DNA of 51,629 nt from an uncultured Verrucomicrobiota bacterium (GCA_964415055.1 CAYPZD010000020.1:1-51629); one strand, 5' to 3'. Counted from the first letter of the stretch, positions 17,582 to 28,045 are shown. Numbers and translations: made by a program. The notes: a model not told the origin generated them from the sequence alone.

Positions 17582-20200
17582 TTAATCGGTGTATTGTCTT
17601 CCCTCGGTGATCCCTTGGGCCAAGGTGGGATCTGTTGCGAATACCTTGACCTCTTCGGCTTGCAGTCGTGTGATGACCGTTCCGTTCTTGGGAATTAACA
17701 TTTCTTTTCCGTAGAGAAGATGAAGACGGTCTCCGTTCAAAGATTCCAACTCCGGAATCTCGACCGCCAGATGACGGTGCTGGTCCAGATTGATCACGAT
17801 GAGAAGTTGCTCCTCTTCCAGTTGGCAAAGGAGTGTTTTGACTCCTTGTCCTGAAGGTTCAAATAAATCGGGGATGATCCGCGCAGTGATTTGCTTGCGT
17901 ATCGGTGACATCAGGTAGGGCCCGATGTGGGAGAGTTCCGAGGTCAATGCATACAAAGATTGACGGAAGTCGGGATCGTCAATGGTGTTGGTTCCCCAAT
18001 ACAATATGCCTTTGGCCCCGTGAGCGATGGAATCGTAAGCAAGGTATCTTGATTGCGCAAAGCTAGGGTAGAGCCTCTCACGCTCGGGACGGATCGTGTG
18101 CCAGGAGAAGCCTTGAAGAACCATCCAGACAGGACGTCCTTTTCCGATGGTATCCCATCGTTTGACCAGTCTGCCACCACTTTGCATGTCGGTGCCTGTG
18201 GCGCGCACCGCGTAATAATCGCAACCAATGATATCGATGGGATCCACATAGCCACGTGAATAAAAGGCATCACTGTCGGCCGCCTCATTCATCCAGAAAG
18301 GGTGGTGATTGGGATCATTGCGTTTCAACCACTCGATGCTTTGGCGCATGCGATAGAGCAGGTCGGTTCCGACGGAATTCGCATATTGGGTGGCGATGGG
18401 TTTCTGATTCTCCCAATCCTCCCGGGTAAATCCAGCTCTGTCTTTCAGGAAACTATAAGCGGTGAAGGTCCAGATGATTTCATCGGGTCCTTCCCAGACA
18501 GCAAGAGCAGGGTGGTCCCATACGGATGAGGTTCGTTTGCGCAGGTTGTCCGACAGTCCATCCTGAACTGACAAGGAGATCCAGCCTTTCATCCCGAGGT
18601 CATGCAAGCGGTCGAGATCGCTGTGGTTGTTGGCGTGAACCAGGTTGATGCCAGCCCCGGCCATTCTGTTCAGTTCCAAATCCGTTTCGGGGAGTTCATA
18701 CATGCCGATTGGGAAGTGGGTCTGAGTCCAGGGCGCGACAGGTTTCTTTTGAATGACCGGGAGTATTCCCAGACTGAAATCTGCAGGGATATCGAGCCAT
18801 TCAGATGCAGAAAGTTTCAAGCTGACCTTCTCCTTGTGGGTGGTGAAGTTGGTACGTTTGATCAACACATGGTCGTTCAGCCGGAGTCCGGACACGATGG
18901 ACCCCGGCAGGGCTGGCACGTGGTGTTCAATGGGGATTCCTTTTTTGATGTAGTCTGAATACTGCATGGAATCTGCATAAACTTTGTGGAGCAGGGAAAT
19001 TTCTTTAGGCAGTTCCTTCTGCTGGCACCAGAGAAAGAACGAGTCATGACCACGCAACAGCATGTGCCAAAGCAGTTCCTGGTAATTTTCCTTTGAAAAC
19101 TGAGTGACTGTATCCGACCGCGGATTTGGCGGAGCGGTGGTATGCCAATGAACAAAGGGGACCGAGGGGGTTGCTGGAGAGGTGTGGGCACCTGCATTTG
19201 ATGCCACTTTGAGCATGTTGTAAAACCATCGATAATCGCTTGGTTCAAAAGGAAGTGAATCAAAAATGGGATACCAGGTGTAAACCACCGGCATGCTCAA
19301 GGTGTAGCCGGTGGCGTCGAATTCCGGAGCCCACTCACGATAGAGAGCCTTATGCTCATGGATGACTGGTGCGGTTTCGGGGAGTTTTTCGAAATAATCA
19401 AACCAGTAGCGGTAGCCATCGTGCGGGTGGACTGCGTAATTGCCCACCAATGCCCCGGGAAAGGCCTCCAGCACCGGCTTGGCAAACATGCGTTTTTGCA
19501 TGTCGCTACGCAGGCGGCGCAGAATGGTTTGGAACGTTCGGAAATCATGATCGTGCGGGAGATGTTGCTGGCAGCGAACACATTGTTTTGAATGCTCCCA
19601 TGCATCATTCCATTCCATCGGACCGTCAATTTCCCAATCGGCGAAAATGAAATCAATTTCCAGCCCTGCTTCATCGTAAGCTTCTACAAAGGATGCGATG
19701 CGTTGACGTATCACTGGAATACGATGTTCCAAAGCAAAAGGACAACCCGTTTTGGGGCCGAATGAAGTGTCCCAAAAAGCTTGGCCATGTTGATCGATGT
19801 GAGCTGTTGCATCAGTGCCGTCAAACAGAGAATACAAGCAACTGTTCGCATTGATGGAGATTTCCATGCCGAGGGCCTTTTGGATTTTGGCAATTCGGAT
19901 TCCTTCTTCAACGGTGGCTTCGAAGGATGAATGGTTCCAGTTGACACAATATCCGATGCCGCGTTGATCCAATTGGCCGAGTAGTTCGCGGGCTTGTGAA
20001 TCAGGTAGACCGTTTAAGGCATGGTGAATGGACCAGACATAAAGCGGCAAGCGGTTCAAACGAGGGTGTTCGAGTGGTTGGGTGTGATTGAGCACCGTTT
20101 GGATGTTGGGTGGAACAGGGGGCGTATCTTGAGCCAGGATGGATGGAATGGTCCAGATCAGGCTGATACCTGCGATCATTTGGAAAAGGATTCGTCTCAT
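17582..20200 (-). CDS. Secreted protein with two putative glycoside-hydrolase-like TIM-barrel domains
   Basis: Signal peptide; second half FPIGMY..HPALAVWEGPDE..DIIGCDYY..PVWMVLQGF..HGAKGILYW; first half ADWEIDGP, CVRC, LLRGHDSFFLW. Confidence 0.7.
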   Translation of the reverse strand: MRRILFQMIAGISLIWTIPSILAQDTPPVPPNIQTVLNHTQPLEHPRLNRLPLYVWSIHHALNGLPDSQARELLGQLDQRGIGYCVNWNHSSFEATVEEGIRIAKIQKALGMEISINANSCLYSLFDGTDATAHIDQHGQAFWDTSFGPKTGCPFALEHRIPVIRQRIASFVEAYDEAGLEIDFIFADWEIDGPMEWNDAWEHSKQCVRCQQHLPHDHDFRTFQTILRRLRSDMQKRMFAKPVLEAFPGALVGNYAVHPHDGYRYWFDYFEKLPETAPVIHEHKALYREWAPEFDATGYTLSMPVVYTWYPIFDSLPFEPSDYRWFYNMLKVASNAGAHTSPATPSVPFVHWHTTAPPNPRSDTVTQFSKENYQELLWHMLLRGHDSFFLWCQQKELPKEISLLHKVYADSMQYSDYIKKGIPIEHHVPALPGSIVSGLRLNDHVLIKRTNFTTHKEKVSLKLSASEWLDIPADFSLGILPVIQKKPVAPWTQTHFPIGMYELPETDLELNRMAGAGINLVHANNHSDLDRLHDLGMKGWISLSVQDGLSDNLRKRTSSVWDHPALAVWEGPDEIIWTFTAYSFLKDRAGFTREDWENQKPIATQYANSVGTDLLYRMRQSIEWLKRNDPNHHPFWMNEAADSDAFYSRGYVDPIDIIGCDYYAVRATGTDMQSGGRLVKRWDTIGKGRPVWMVLQGFSWHTIRPERERLYPSFAQSRYLAYDSIAHGAKGILYWGTNTIDDPDFRQSLYALTSELSHIGPYLMSPIRKQITARIIPDLFEPSGQGVKTLLCQLEEEQLLIVINLDQHRHLAVEIPELESLNGDRLHLLYGKEMLIPKNGTVITRLQAEEVKVFATDPTLAQGITEGRQYTD

Positions 20201-20216
20201 GATGAAAAAAACTGTG

Positions 20217-21746
20217 CTATGTGATCAAGCCCCGTATGACCTCGGCTTCCACCTCCACTCCGGTCAGACGCTGATCCAAGCCGGCATAGGGATAAGTCAG
20301 GTGCGTGTGATCGAGTCCCATTTGGTGGAGGATGGTGGCGTGCAGATCCCTTAGATGGTGCCGGTGCACGACTGCCCGTTCACCTATTTCATCTGTTTCA
20401 CCGTAACGCGTTCCAGCTTTGACACCGCCACCCGCCATCCAGTAGGTAAACCCCAGTGGATTGTGATCGCGTCCGCCCGGTTTGCCTCCGGTGTTGAACG
20501 TTTCAGAGACGGGTTGGCGTCCGAACTCGCCGCCCCACACGACCAGCGTTTCATCCAGCAGCCCGCGTTGATCCAGGTCTTGCAACAACCCGGCGATGGG
20601 TTTGTCGATCTCCGGACAGTGGATGTTCAAGTTCTCCTCGATACCATGATGTCCATCCCAGGAGTTTTGTCCTCCTGCCGCACCTCCACCGGAGTAGATT
20701 TGTATGAAACGAACACCACGTTCGACCATGCGCCGGGCGATGAGGCATTGTCTGCCGAACGGCTCCGGACCTACCGTGAGTTTGTGGGAACCTTTGGGCG
20801 CGCCGATGCCATAGAGCGATTGGATGGATTCGGGTTCGTTTTCGATATTCAGCGCTTCGGGAGCGGTCATTTGCAATCGAAACGCCAATTCGTAACTCTG
20901 GATTCTAGCCTCCAGTTCACTGGTGTTGGGACGTTCCTTTTGATGACGCTGGTTGAAGAACCGGGCCAGGTCGATCTGGTTGCGCTGCATTTCACGAGAA
21001 ATGCCTTCGGGGGGATTCAGGTTTAGGACAGGTGTCCCCTGGGTTCTCAGTACCGTTCCCTGGTAGGAGGCAGGCATGTATCCGCTGGACCAATTGGGGG
21101 AGCCCGTGGTGGGGCCGCCTCTTGGGTCGAGCATCACCACATAAGCAGGCAGGTTTTGATTCATGGATCCCAATCCATAAGTCACCCAGGCGCCCACGGA
21201 AGGGTGACCTTGGATGGCGCGGCCCGTGTTCATGTTCAACAGGGCGGAACCATGCGCAAAGGAATCACTATGCAACGAATGAATCACCGCGAGTTTGTCC
21301 ATGTGCTTGGACAAATGAGGAAGTGCATCGGAACACCAGAGTCCGGATTGTCCATGCTGACGAAAGGTCCTGCGACTTGCTTGAAGCACGGCTTTGGTCA
21401 GCGTGTTCCGTCGAAATTCATTTTGGAATGTTTGACCGTCCCGTTTTTGAAGTTCGGGCTTGTAATCGAACAGATCCAGTTGGGATGGTCCCCCGAACAT
21501 AAACAGGAAAATGCATGATTTTGCCTTCGGAGCAAGGTGCGGCAATGCTTTGGAGAAGCGGTTTGCGGCCGTGTTCTCGGCTTGCAGCATGCCTTCCAAA
21601 GCCAAAGAACCAAAACCTGCACCAAGGCTCTGGATAAATGATCGACGCGATCCTGGGCCGGATCGTTCAGGTTGGGACCCAACGTTTCGCTTAACCTTGT
21701 TTCTGCTCCATGACCTGTTCTGAACCTTCATGCGTCCTGCTTTCAT
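20217..21746 (-). CDS. DUF1501 domain protein
   Basis: Tat-like SRRSF, KAKSCIFLFMFGGPSQLDLFDYKP, RRMVERGVRFIQ, WDGH, GEFGR, GRDHNP. Confidence 0.95.
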   Translation of the reverse strand: MKAGRMKVQNRSWSRNKVKRNVGSQPERSGPGSRRSFIQSLGAGFGSLALEGMLQAENTAANRFSKALPHLAPKAKSCIFLFMFGGPSQLDLFDYKPELQKRDGQTFQNEFRRNTLTKAVLQASRRTFRQHGQSGLWCSDALPHLSKHMDKLAVIHSLHSDSFAHGSALLNMNTGRAIQGHPSVGAWVTYGLGSMNQNLPAYVVMLDPRGGPTTGSPNWSSGYMPASYQGTVLRTQGTPVLNLNPPEGISREMQRNQIDLARFFNQRHQKERPNTSELEARIQSYELAFRLQMTAPEALNIENEPESIQSLYGIGAPKGSHKLTVGPEPFGRQCLIARRMVERGVRFIQIYSGGGAAGGQNSWDGHHGIEENLNIHCPEIDKPIAGLLQDLDQRGLLDETLVVWGGEFGRQPVSETFNTGGKPGGRDHNPLGFTYWMAGGGVKAGTRYGETDEIGERAVVHRHHLRDLHATILHQMGLDHTHLTYPYAGLDQRLTGVEVEAEVIRGLIT

Positions 21747-23716
21747 TAATCAATCATGATGGTTTCATTCGCATTGAGCATCGCCAAACAAAGGTGGGCC
21801 CAGGCTTGTGCTGCTGCTTGTTGATTGCCATCGGATTTGAGGAGGTTTGTTTGGTTTTCATGCATCGCTTCGCATGCCCGCCGTTCATCGTCGGTGGGGA
21901 GTCGTTGCCAGAGGATTTTGAATAATTCATCGATGGTGCTTGTTTGATCGGCCAGATGTGCTGCGCGTTGTTGCATGAAGGTGTCGTTCAATAGCGTCAA
22001 TGCCTGTGGGGCAACGGTCGTGACCGGACGTCGCCCCAGGGAGAATGCGACATGACTTGCGTCAAACACTTCCAATAAGGGAAGGGGGAGTGCCCGTTTT
22101 GCATAGATGTAAATGCTCCGTCGGTTTTGATCTTCCAAAGGACTTGCCCCCCAGCCCTTGCGGGCACTGTCCTGTGTGCGATGAACTTCAGCAGGTAATT
22201 CCGGGTAGACGCCCGGACCGGCAGATTTCAAGTTCAAATCCCTGCTGAACGCCAACATGGAATCACGCAACACTTCAGCATCCATTCTACGCATCTCCTG
22301 ACGCCAGAACAATTGGTTGGACGGATCTTTCTTCAATGCAGCCGGCTGGTAAGCGCGTGAAGACATTCGGTAGGCGTTGCTCGTCATGATATATCGGTGC
22401 AGTTCTTTTAAACTCCATCCAGATTGGATCAGTTGGGTGGCCAGGTGATCCAACAATTCCGGGTGGGTGGCGCCTGATCCAGCTGATCCAAAATCGTTGG
22501 GAGTCGCGACAATGCCCCGGCCGAAATGATGTTGCCAGATGCGATTGGCGATCACCCGGGCAGTCATCGGATTATTCGGGAAAGAGATCCAACGGGCCAG
22601 GTCCGCTCTGGTATGGCCGGTGGATTTGCCTGAATTGGATCTCAACATCGCCGGAATATTGGCGGAGACTCTTTCAGCTTTGAGTCGAGGGTCTCCGCGC
22701 TGAAGACGGTGCGTGGTCCATTTTTCAGTCGGGATACGATCCGATATGGCCAGGGCCTTTTCGAAGGGAGGATACTGTTTTTGGAGTGCTTCGAGTTGTT
22801 GGGTGAGGGATTCCTGTTCATTGGATGGCGCGTTCTCAATGCTTGCCTCAAGGGATTGAATTTGTCGGGTGTGTCGCTCCTTCCAATCCGAAATCTCAAC
22901 TGGAGTGGCAAGAGTACGTGTGATGGATCCGATGGGACGTGATCCACCTCCAGTATGAGGTCGCCCATAGGGTTCGATCTGGTGGATGAAATCAAGTAGC
23001 TCGTAGTATTCTACCTGAGTCATGGGATCGAATTTGTGGTTGTGGCACCGGGCACAATTTACCGTGATGCCAAGAAAGGCCGATCCTATGGTCGATAGGA
23101 TGTCATCCAGTGCGTCGTAGTCGGCCTGCAGCGCGTCATCGGGTTCATCGTCATAGACATGCAGGCGGTAAAATCCGGTGGCGATGAGAGCTTCTGTTGA
23201 GTTGGGGTAGAGGAGGTCGCCAGCGAGTTGTTCGCGAAGGAACTGATCATAGGGTTTGTCGGCGTTCAGTGATTGGATGACATAGTCACGGTAACGCCAT
23301 GCTTCGGGTTTGGGTCCGTCCCGTTCGTATCCATTGGTTTCCGCATAACGGACGATATCCAACCAATGGCTTGCCCATCGCTCTCCATATTGTGGGCGGT
23401 TTAAAAGATCCTGAACAATATCATTCCAATGTTGATCCGAAGGGTTTTGTCCGAATGATTGAACATCTTCGAACGAAGGAGGCAGGCCAATCAGGTTGTA
23501 ATAAGCCCGCCGGATCAACTCCCGTGGAGAGGCCTCAGGATTCATGACGAGATCGGACTGCTTTAGTTCATCCAATATAAACGCGTCAATCGGATGAGAA
23601 ACATCGGTGCCCGGAATGGATGGGACAAGTGGAGGAGTCAATGGGACAAAAGGCCACCCTGCGGCGTGCAGATACGCAGCCTCGCAAAGCATCATGCAGA
23701 GTAACAGGGTTCTCAC
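21746..23716 (-). CDS. DUF1549/DUF1553 (PSD1) domain protein
   Basis: HPIDAFI, YGERWASHWLDIVRYAET, CARCHNHKFDP, NRIWQHHFGRGIV, HPELLDHLA, APQALTLLN; TAATG coupling to DUF1501. Confidence 0.95.
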   Translation of the reverse strand: MRTLLLCMMLCEAAYLHAAGWPFVPLTPPLVPSIPGTDVSHPIDAFILDELKQSDLVMNPEASPRELIRRAYYNLIGLPPSFEDVQSFGQNPSDQHWNDIVQDLLNRPQYGERWASHWLDIVRYAETNGYERDGPKPEAWRYRDYVIQSLNADKPYDQFLREQLAGDLLYPNSTEALIATGFYRLHVYDDEPDDALQADYDALDDILSTIGSAFLGITVNCARCHNHKFDPMTQVEYYELLDFIHQIEPYGRPHTGGGSRPIGSITRTLATPVEISDWKERHTRQIQSLEASIENAPSNEQESLTQQLEALQKQYPPFEKALAISDRIPTEKWTTHRLQRGDPRLKAERVSANIPAMLRSNSGKSTGHTRADLARWISFPNNPMTARVIANRIWQHHFGRGIVATPNDFGSAGSGATHPELLDHLATQLIQSGWSLKELHRYIMTSNAYRMSSRAYQPAALKKDPSNQLFWRQEMRRMDAEVLRDSMLAFSRDLNLKSAGPGVYPELPAEVHRTQDSARKGWGASPLEDQNRRSIYIYAKRALPLPLLEVFDASHVAFSLGRRPVTTVAPQALTLLNDTFMQQRAAHLADQTSTIDELFKILWQRLPTDDERRACEAMHENQTNLLKSDGNQQAAAQAWAHLCLAMLNANETIMID

Positions 23717-23840
23717 GCCCTAGAGGTTGCGGATGCTGATGGTTTTGTCAAGCAATTGACCCATTATCGGAGGTCCAAGATCCGTCTTGTATCCACTTTA
23801 GACCTCAGAACTTTGGAATCCCTTATCAGTGTCTAAGCAG

Positions 23841-23874
23841 TTTATCCGCAGATGTCACAGATTTACGCAGATAT
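23841..23874 (+). repeat. CGCAGAT-family 9-10-mer repeats
   Basis: tttatccgcagatgtcacagatttacgcagatat. Confidence 0.5.
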
Positions 23875-23974
23875 AGAAGGAAGATCCATTCGAATGGCAG
23901 CTGAAATTTGGGACACTATTTGGTGAATCAATTTGAGGAGATCGTCCCTCTATTTTTATAAAAAATTGAGATAA

Positions 23975-26428
23975 TTAGCGCTTCGCTTTGAGAGTGGTTG
24001 GTTTACCCAGGGTGCGGAGTTCCAGCTTGAGAGCGGGTTCATTTCCTTCGAACCGATAACCCAGGTTAATGGTTTGTTTCCCTCGATTGATCTTCAGGTT
24101 CTGGTCATTGATGGGGATTCTATCCTGTTCATGCCAGGAGTCATCATAGGTGATCAATTCCGAGTTTCCTGAATACTTCAAGGTTTCTCCAGGTTTTAAG
24201 GTGGATTTCAAATCCAGTGTCGTTGCTCCATTGATTTCAAGTGTCACGTCGATGGCCGGTGACTTGCCGGTGGACCGGATGATGAATTGCAAAGGTTGCG
24301 AATCATAGGGGTTGTTGAACTCGTAGGTTGAAAAGGCGATCATGCCGGGCTGTTCATTGTGTTGGTGGTCTTTTTTGAATGAGTAGACCGGACGCAAAAG
24401 CCATGATCCTTCAGGAGTGGATTCCAACTCAAATTCGTTTTGAATTTGCTGCAATGCTGGTTTCAGGGATTCAGGGAAGGCCCCATTCATGCGGGCTGTT
24501 TCCCATTGTTTGATTTTTTCGATGATCTGAGATCCCATCCCGTTTTGAGCAACTGTCTGTGGGCTCGTTGCGAGTGCGAATCCGGCGTCAAACCCTGCCG
24601 CCCGTGCGAGTAACCATTCGGCATCTTCCACGCTGGTTTGTTCATTCATTCGAAACCACCCCAACATGCGGGGCATCAGATTGCGGCTATAGTAGGCCTG
24701 GTTTTTCAAGCGATACAGAGTTTGGCTTTCGCGGAAGCCGGCATACCACGGTTCTCCCCAATTCATGCGTGTGTAGATGTGCCAATTGAAGTGTCCCGGG
24801 TTGCTGGCGTCATTGATCACCGATCCCCGGAGTCCGGGTTTCAAGCGATCAAACCAAGCTTTGGTGAACAGCGTTCTTCCGTACTGTCCCATTCCCGTGG
24901 ACCAATTGCCTTCGAGACCGTCAAACGATATTTGGGAGAGATTGGTTTGATTGAACAAATCGGCAATGTTGTGGGCAATTTCTGTTGAAAGTTCACTATC
25001 ACTGAGAAAGACGCGGTAGCCGTGATCCATCAGCTTGGATACTTTGCCTCCCTTTGGATGAGAGGAGGCGGTTGTATTCCAGGCTCCGCGTTGACATCCT
25101 GTTAAAAACCACGGTTCTGATTCGGTCACTTGTTGATAGCGTATCAGTTCATCCCCAATCATGACCGTGTTCATGGTCGTTTTCTTCTGAAAGAACAGAG
25201 GATCTTCGATAGGGATGCGATCCTGTGTAGCATCCACCTGATCGCTCAATGATGACGAACCGATCACTGCCAGACGCTGATCGGGTTTGGGGCTGACATA
25301 GGGATCGTTGGGTTTGATGAAGTTGGAAAGAGTGTGAACCCCAAGACGCACTCCGGAATCTTTGGCGCGGTCGACACACCGTTTCATGCTGTCCCAGTTG
25401 TCGGGGAATTGGCCCGGATTGAGTTTGAAATGTCCCCATGTTTGAAAAGGGCCTCCATGGTAAAGGTATTTCAGTCCCGCGCGCTTGGTGAGTTCGATGG
25501 CGTCATCCAAGTTCTCTTCACTGAAGGATACGATCAGGTAGGAAGCCGTTGCGTCCGGGGATACCTTGCCCCAGGCTCCGTCAATCACTGGGTGGGGAAG
25601 GTTTTCTGCCAGTTCGATGGCGCCGAGGGTCTCCAGCGCATTCTCAGCTGGACATCCAAACAAGGCAATCCGACTCCCGATCAGACCTCCGTCATCGTGT
25701 TTCGGGGCCACATATTGTTCATGCCCCCAATTGCTGATGGTTCTGCTTTGACTGCGGTCACGGCAAAAAGCCTGGATCACACTGCCGTAATCCTTGTGTT
25801 CTGCCGTGTTGCCGCGATAAAGCTGTTCACCTTCAAATTTGACTGAGATATCAGAATAGTCCGATCCATCGAAAATATTGTACATCGGCATGATGTCATC
25901 CTCCGTTCGAGGGAATCCACCCAGTGTTTTTGCATTCAGTGATTGTATGCCGATGGCAAAGTCCTGATTGCGTACAACACCGACTGTTTCGCCGACAATG
26001 GCCTTGATCGTTGTGGGATAAGGGCCCCATATCAGTAGGTCTGCCTTGCCTGCGGGTTCGACGGATAACAGTTCGAAAGTGATATGAGTTGTTTTGGTTT
26101 CAAATCCAACCTTCGCTTTGACGCCCGTTTCTTCAAACAACAAAACCGCATCTGAACTGTTGGGATTCCAAACCATGCGGTTGGGAGTGTGGAAAGATCC
26201 ATTGACACGTAAGCTGAGTAAAGGAGCCGGGATATTTGCGGGCAGGTATTCGGTGCCGCTGTTTGGATGCTTGAATGAACGTATTTGCCCATCTTCAATC
26301 CTGATGCTGAAGGATTCGCAGGAAAGCTCCTCGGCGAATCCCTCCGAAGAACTGCTGATCAGAAAAAAACTCAATACGATGATTGCCGATGCGCTCGCAC
26401 TTTGGCTAAACGATTGAAGAATGGGCAT
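23975..26428 (-). CDS. Secreted hypothetical protein, possibly glycoside-hydrolase-like
   Basis: Long ORF (>800 aa) with hydrophobic signal region; TIM-barrel-like motifs RLGVHTLSNF, QISFDGLEG, NWGEPW. Start uncertain (26428 or 26479). Confidence 0.7.
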   Translation of the reverse strand: MPILQSFSQSASASAIIVLSFFLISSSSEGFAEELSCESFSIRIEDGQIRSFKHPNSGTEYLPANIPAPLLSLRVNGSFHTPNRMVWNPNSSDAVLLFEETGVKAKVGFETKTTHITFELLSVEPAGKADLLIWGPYPTTIKAIVGETVGVVRNQDFAIGIQSLNAKTLGGFPRTEDDIMPMYNIFDGSDYSDISVKFEGEQLYRGNTAEHKDYGSVIQAFCRDRSQSRTISNWGHEQYVAPKHDDGGLIGSRIALFGCPAENALETLGAIELAENLPHPVIDGAWGKVSPDATASYLIVSFSEENLDDAIELTKRAGLKYLYHGGPFQTWGHFKLNPGQFPDNWDSMKRCVDRAKDSGVRLGVHTLSNFIKPNDPYVSPKPDQRLAVIGSSSLSDQVDATQDRIPIEDPLFFQKKTTMNTVMIGDELIRYQQVTESEPWFLTGCQRGAWNTTASSHPKGGKVSKLMDHGYRVFLSDSELSTEIAHNIADLFNQTNLSQISFDGLEGNWSTGMGQYGRTLFTKAWFDRLKPGLRGSVINDASNPGHFNWHIYTRMNWGEPWYAGFRESQTLYRLKNQAYYSRNLMPRMLGWFRMNEQTSVEDAEWLLARAAGFDAGFALATSPQTVAQNGMGSQIIEKIKQWETARMNGAFPESLKPALQQIQNEFELESTPEGSWLLRPVYSFKKDHQHNEQPGMIAFSTYEFNNPYDSQPLQFIIRSTGKSPAIDVTLEINGATTLDLKSTLKPGETLKYSGNSELITYDDSWHEQDRIPINDQNLKINRGKQTINLGYRFEGNEPALKLELRTLGKPTTLKAKR

Positions 26429-26572
26429 TATCAGTGTTTTCACGTGAATGAGGTTGCGGTCAGGTAAGGGTTTCGTCAAGCGTCCGAATAGCCTTTGGTT
26501 AAGGCTATGCGCATTTTATGGATCCAATTCCTTATCATCACGTAGAGAGGTTCCACCACGAGGAAAAGGGAA

Positions 26573-26818
26573 TTGATGGGCATCAGTAAACCGCAACGTT
26601 TTCCTGGCGTATCCAAAGCGGTGTCAAGCCACGCGCAGTCCATATTCGCGTCTTTGGATACGGTCCGCATACTCCGGCGATATACAACAGGCCCAACCCA
26701 ATACATTCACGTTTAGATTACCCTCCATGGAGAAGTGGAATTTGATGGGCATCAGTAAGCGGTAACGTTTCCCTGACGTATCCAAAGCGGTGTCAAGCCA
26801 CGCGCAGTCCATATTCGC
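26573..26818. repeat. Tandem degenerate REPIN array (TGGA family): ~77-bp direct repeats with 169-bp period
   Basis: ttgatgggcatcagtaa...cgtatccaaagcggtgtcaagccacgcgcagtccatattcgc at 26573-26649 and 26742-26818, with a truncated inverted arm ctttggatacg at ~26652. Confidence 0.85.
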
Positions 26819-26845
26819 ATTCGGGATGCACCTTTTCCATTTACG

Positions 26846-26874
26846 TTGAAAATGTCTGTCTTATGGGCTAGTGT
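26846..26874 (+). promoter_or_regulatory. sigma70-type promoter for iscA-hscB (short leader)
   Basis: TTGAAA-N17-TAGTGT, 9 nt before the ATG. Confidence 0.45.
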
Positions 26875-26883
26875 CTCCACCTC

Positions 26884-27276
26884 ATGGCAATGATCGCTGG
26901 TAAAGTTCAGAAAAAATTCGATGAAATCTCCTTTCGCAAAGGAGACGAACGCTTGATCAAACTCACCGGGAGCGCTGCGAACAAGGTGACCAAGCTCCTG
27001 ACCCGCCAAGGTCGCCCGGAAGGCGTTCTACGTGTTGCGGTGGTGGGGGGCGGGTGTTCGGGGCTCCAGTACAAGATGGATCTTCAGGATCGTCCGGCCA
27101 ATCGGGATATCCTGGTGGAATCACAAGGTGTCAAAGTGGTTGTTGATCCCAAGAGTGCTCTTTACGTGACGGGGTCCGAATTGGATTTCAAGGATGCGTT
27201 GCAGGATGGCGGGTTCAAAGTGAACAACCCCAACGCGGCTACGAGCTGCTCCTGTGGTGAAAGTTTCAGTGCCTGA
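26884..27276 (+). CDS. iscA: Iron-sulfur cluster assembly accessory protein (IscA/HesB family)
   Basis: GGGCSGLQY and NPNAATSCSCGESF. Confidence 0.93.
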   Translation: MAMIAGKVQKKFDEISFRKGDERLIKLTGSAANKVTKLLTRQGRPEGVLRVAVVGGGCSGLQYKMDLQDRPANRDILVESQGVKVVVDPKSALYVTGSELDFKDALQDGGFKVNNPNAATSCSCGESFSA

Positions 27277-27293
27277 TTTGTCCTTTCTTGTCT

Positions 27294-27896
27294 ATGGGAC
27301 ACCCGAATTACTTTGAAAGTCTCGAGCTTCCATTAACGCCTTTTCTGGACGAGGAAGTCTTGAAACAAAATTATCTTCGTCGCTCATCTGATGCTCATCC
27401 TGATCGGGCAAAGGGTGGTCCGGATGAAACGGAGTTGGATCCATCCGTGATCAATGAAGCGTTCAAACAACTTTCAAAAATGCCCACCCGGTTGCGACAC
27501 CTGTTGTTGCTTCTAAGCGGTGAGGTGCCGGAAAGTTTGAAACAGATACCCGAAGCGGTCGGGGATCGTTTCATGGAGGTGGGGGAAGTGTTGCGTCAGG
27601 CGGACTCCTTGCTCCGGGAGAAACCGGGGGAGGATGCGAGTGAATTGAGCAGGGTGCTCTTTCTTAAAAAAAGTCTGCCCATCAAGGGGCAGATGGAAAA
27701 GCTACAAGGACAGCTTCATCAGGATGAATCGGCTTTGAAGGATCGGCTTTCTGCTTACGAATCTTCCTGGAGTGAACATGTTCGCTCAGTACCTGATGAA
27801 TGGATCGATTCGCTCACCTTGATCTATCACGAGTGGACGTTTCTGGATAAGTGGCGACAGCAGCTTGGTGCACGGTTGCTGGAGTGCATGGTTTAA
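27294..27896 (+). CDS. hscB: Fe-S assembly co-chaperone, HscB-like J-domain protein
   Basis: NYFESLEL, HPD motif, INEAF, helical C-domain; directly follows iscA. Confidence 0.8.
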   Translation: MGHPNYFESLELPLTPFLDEEVLKQNYLRRSSDAHPDRAKGGPDETELDPSVINEAFKQLSKMPTRLRHLLLLLSGEVPESLKQIPEAVGDRFMEVGEVLRQADSLLREKPGEDASELSRVLFLKKSLPIKGQMEKLQGQLHQDESALKDRLSAYESSWSEHVRSVPDEWIDSLTLIYHEWTFLDKWRQQLGARLLECMV

Positions 27897-27910
27897 GGGG
27901 AGGTGTAGGG

Positions 27911-27977
27911 GGCCACATTCTGGCGAATGCGGCTACATGGGGATATGTGGGGGCCACATTCTGGTGAATACGGTTAC
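27911..27977 (-). repeat. GTAG-type REP doublet (41-bp period)
   Basis: ggccacattctggcgaatgcggctac and ggccacattctggtgaatacggttac; same family as 17387-17572. Confidence 0.8.
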
Positions 27978-28045
27978 TTGGGGTGATTTATGTGCTTTTG
28001 TGAGGGGGGCTTTTGGTTTATGAATGCTCCGGTTCCGCGAATTCT

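Noticed and set aside
26573-26818. CRISPR array
   Set aside because: Only two long (~77 bp) repeats with a 169-bp period, matching the REP family at 13126-13310; no cas genes.
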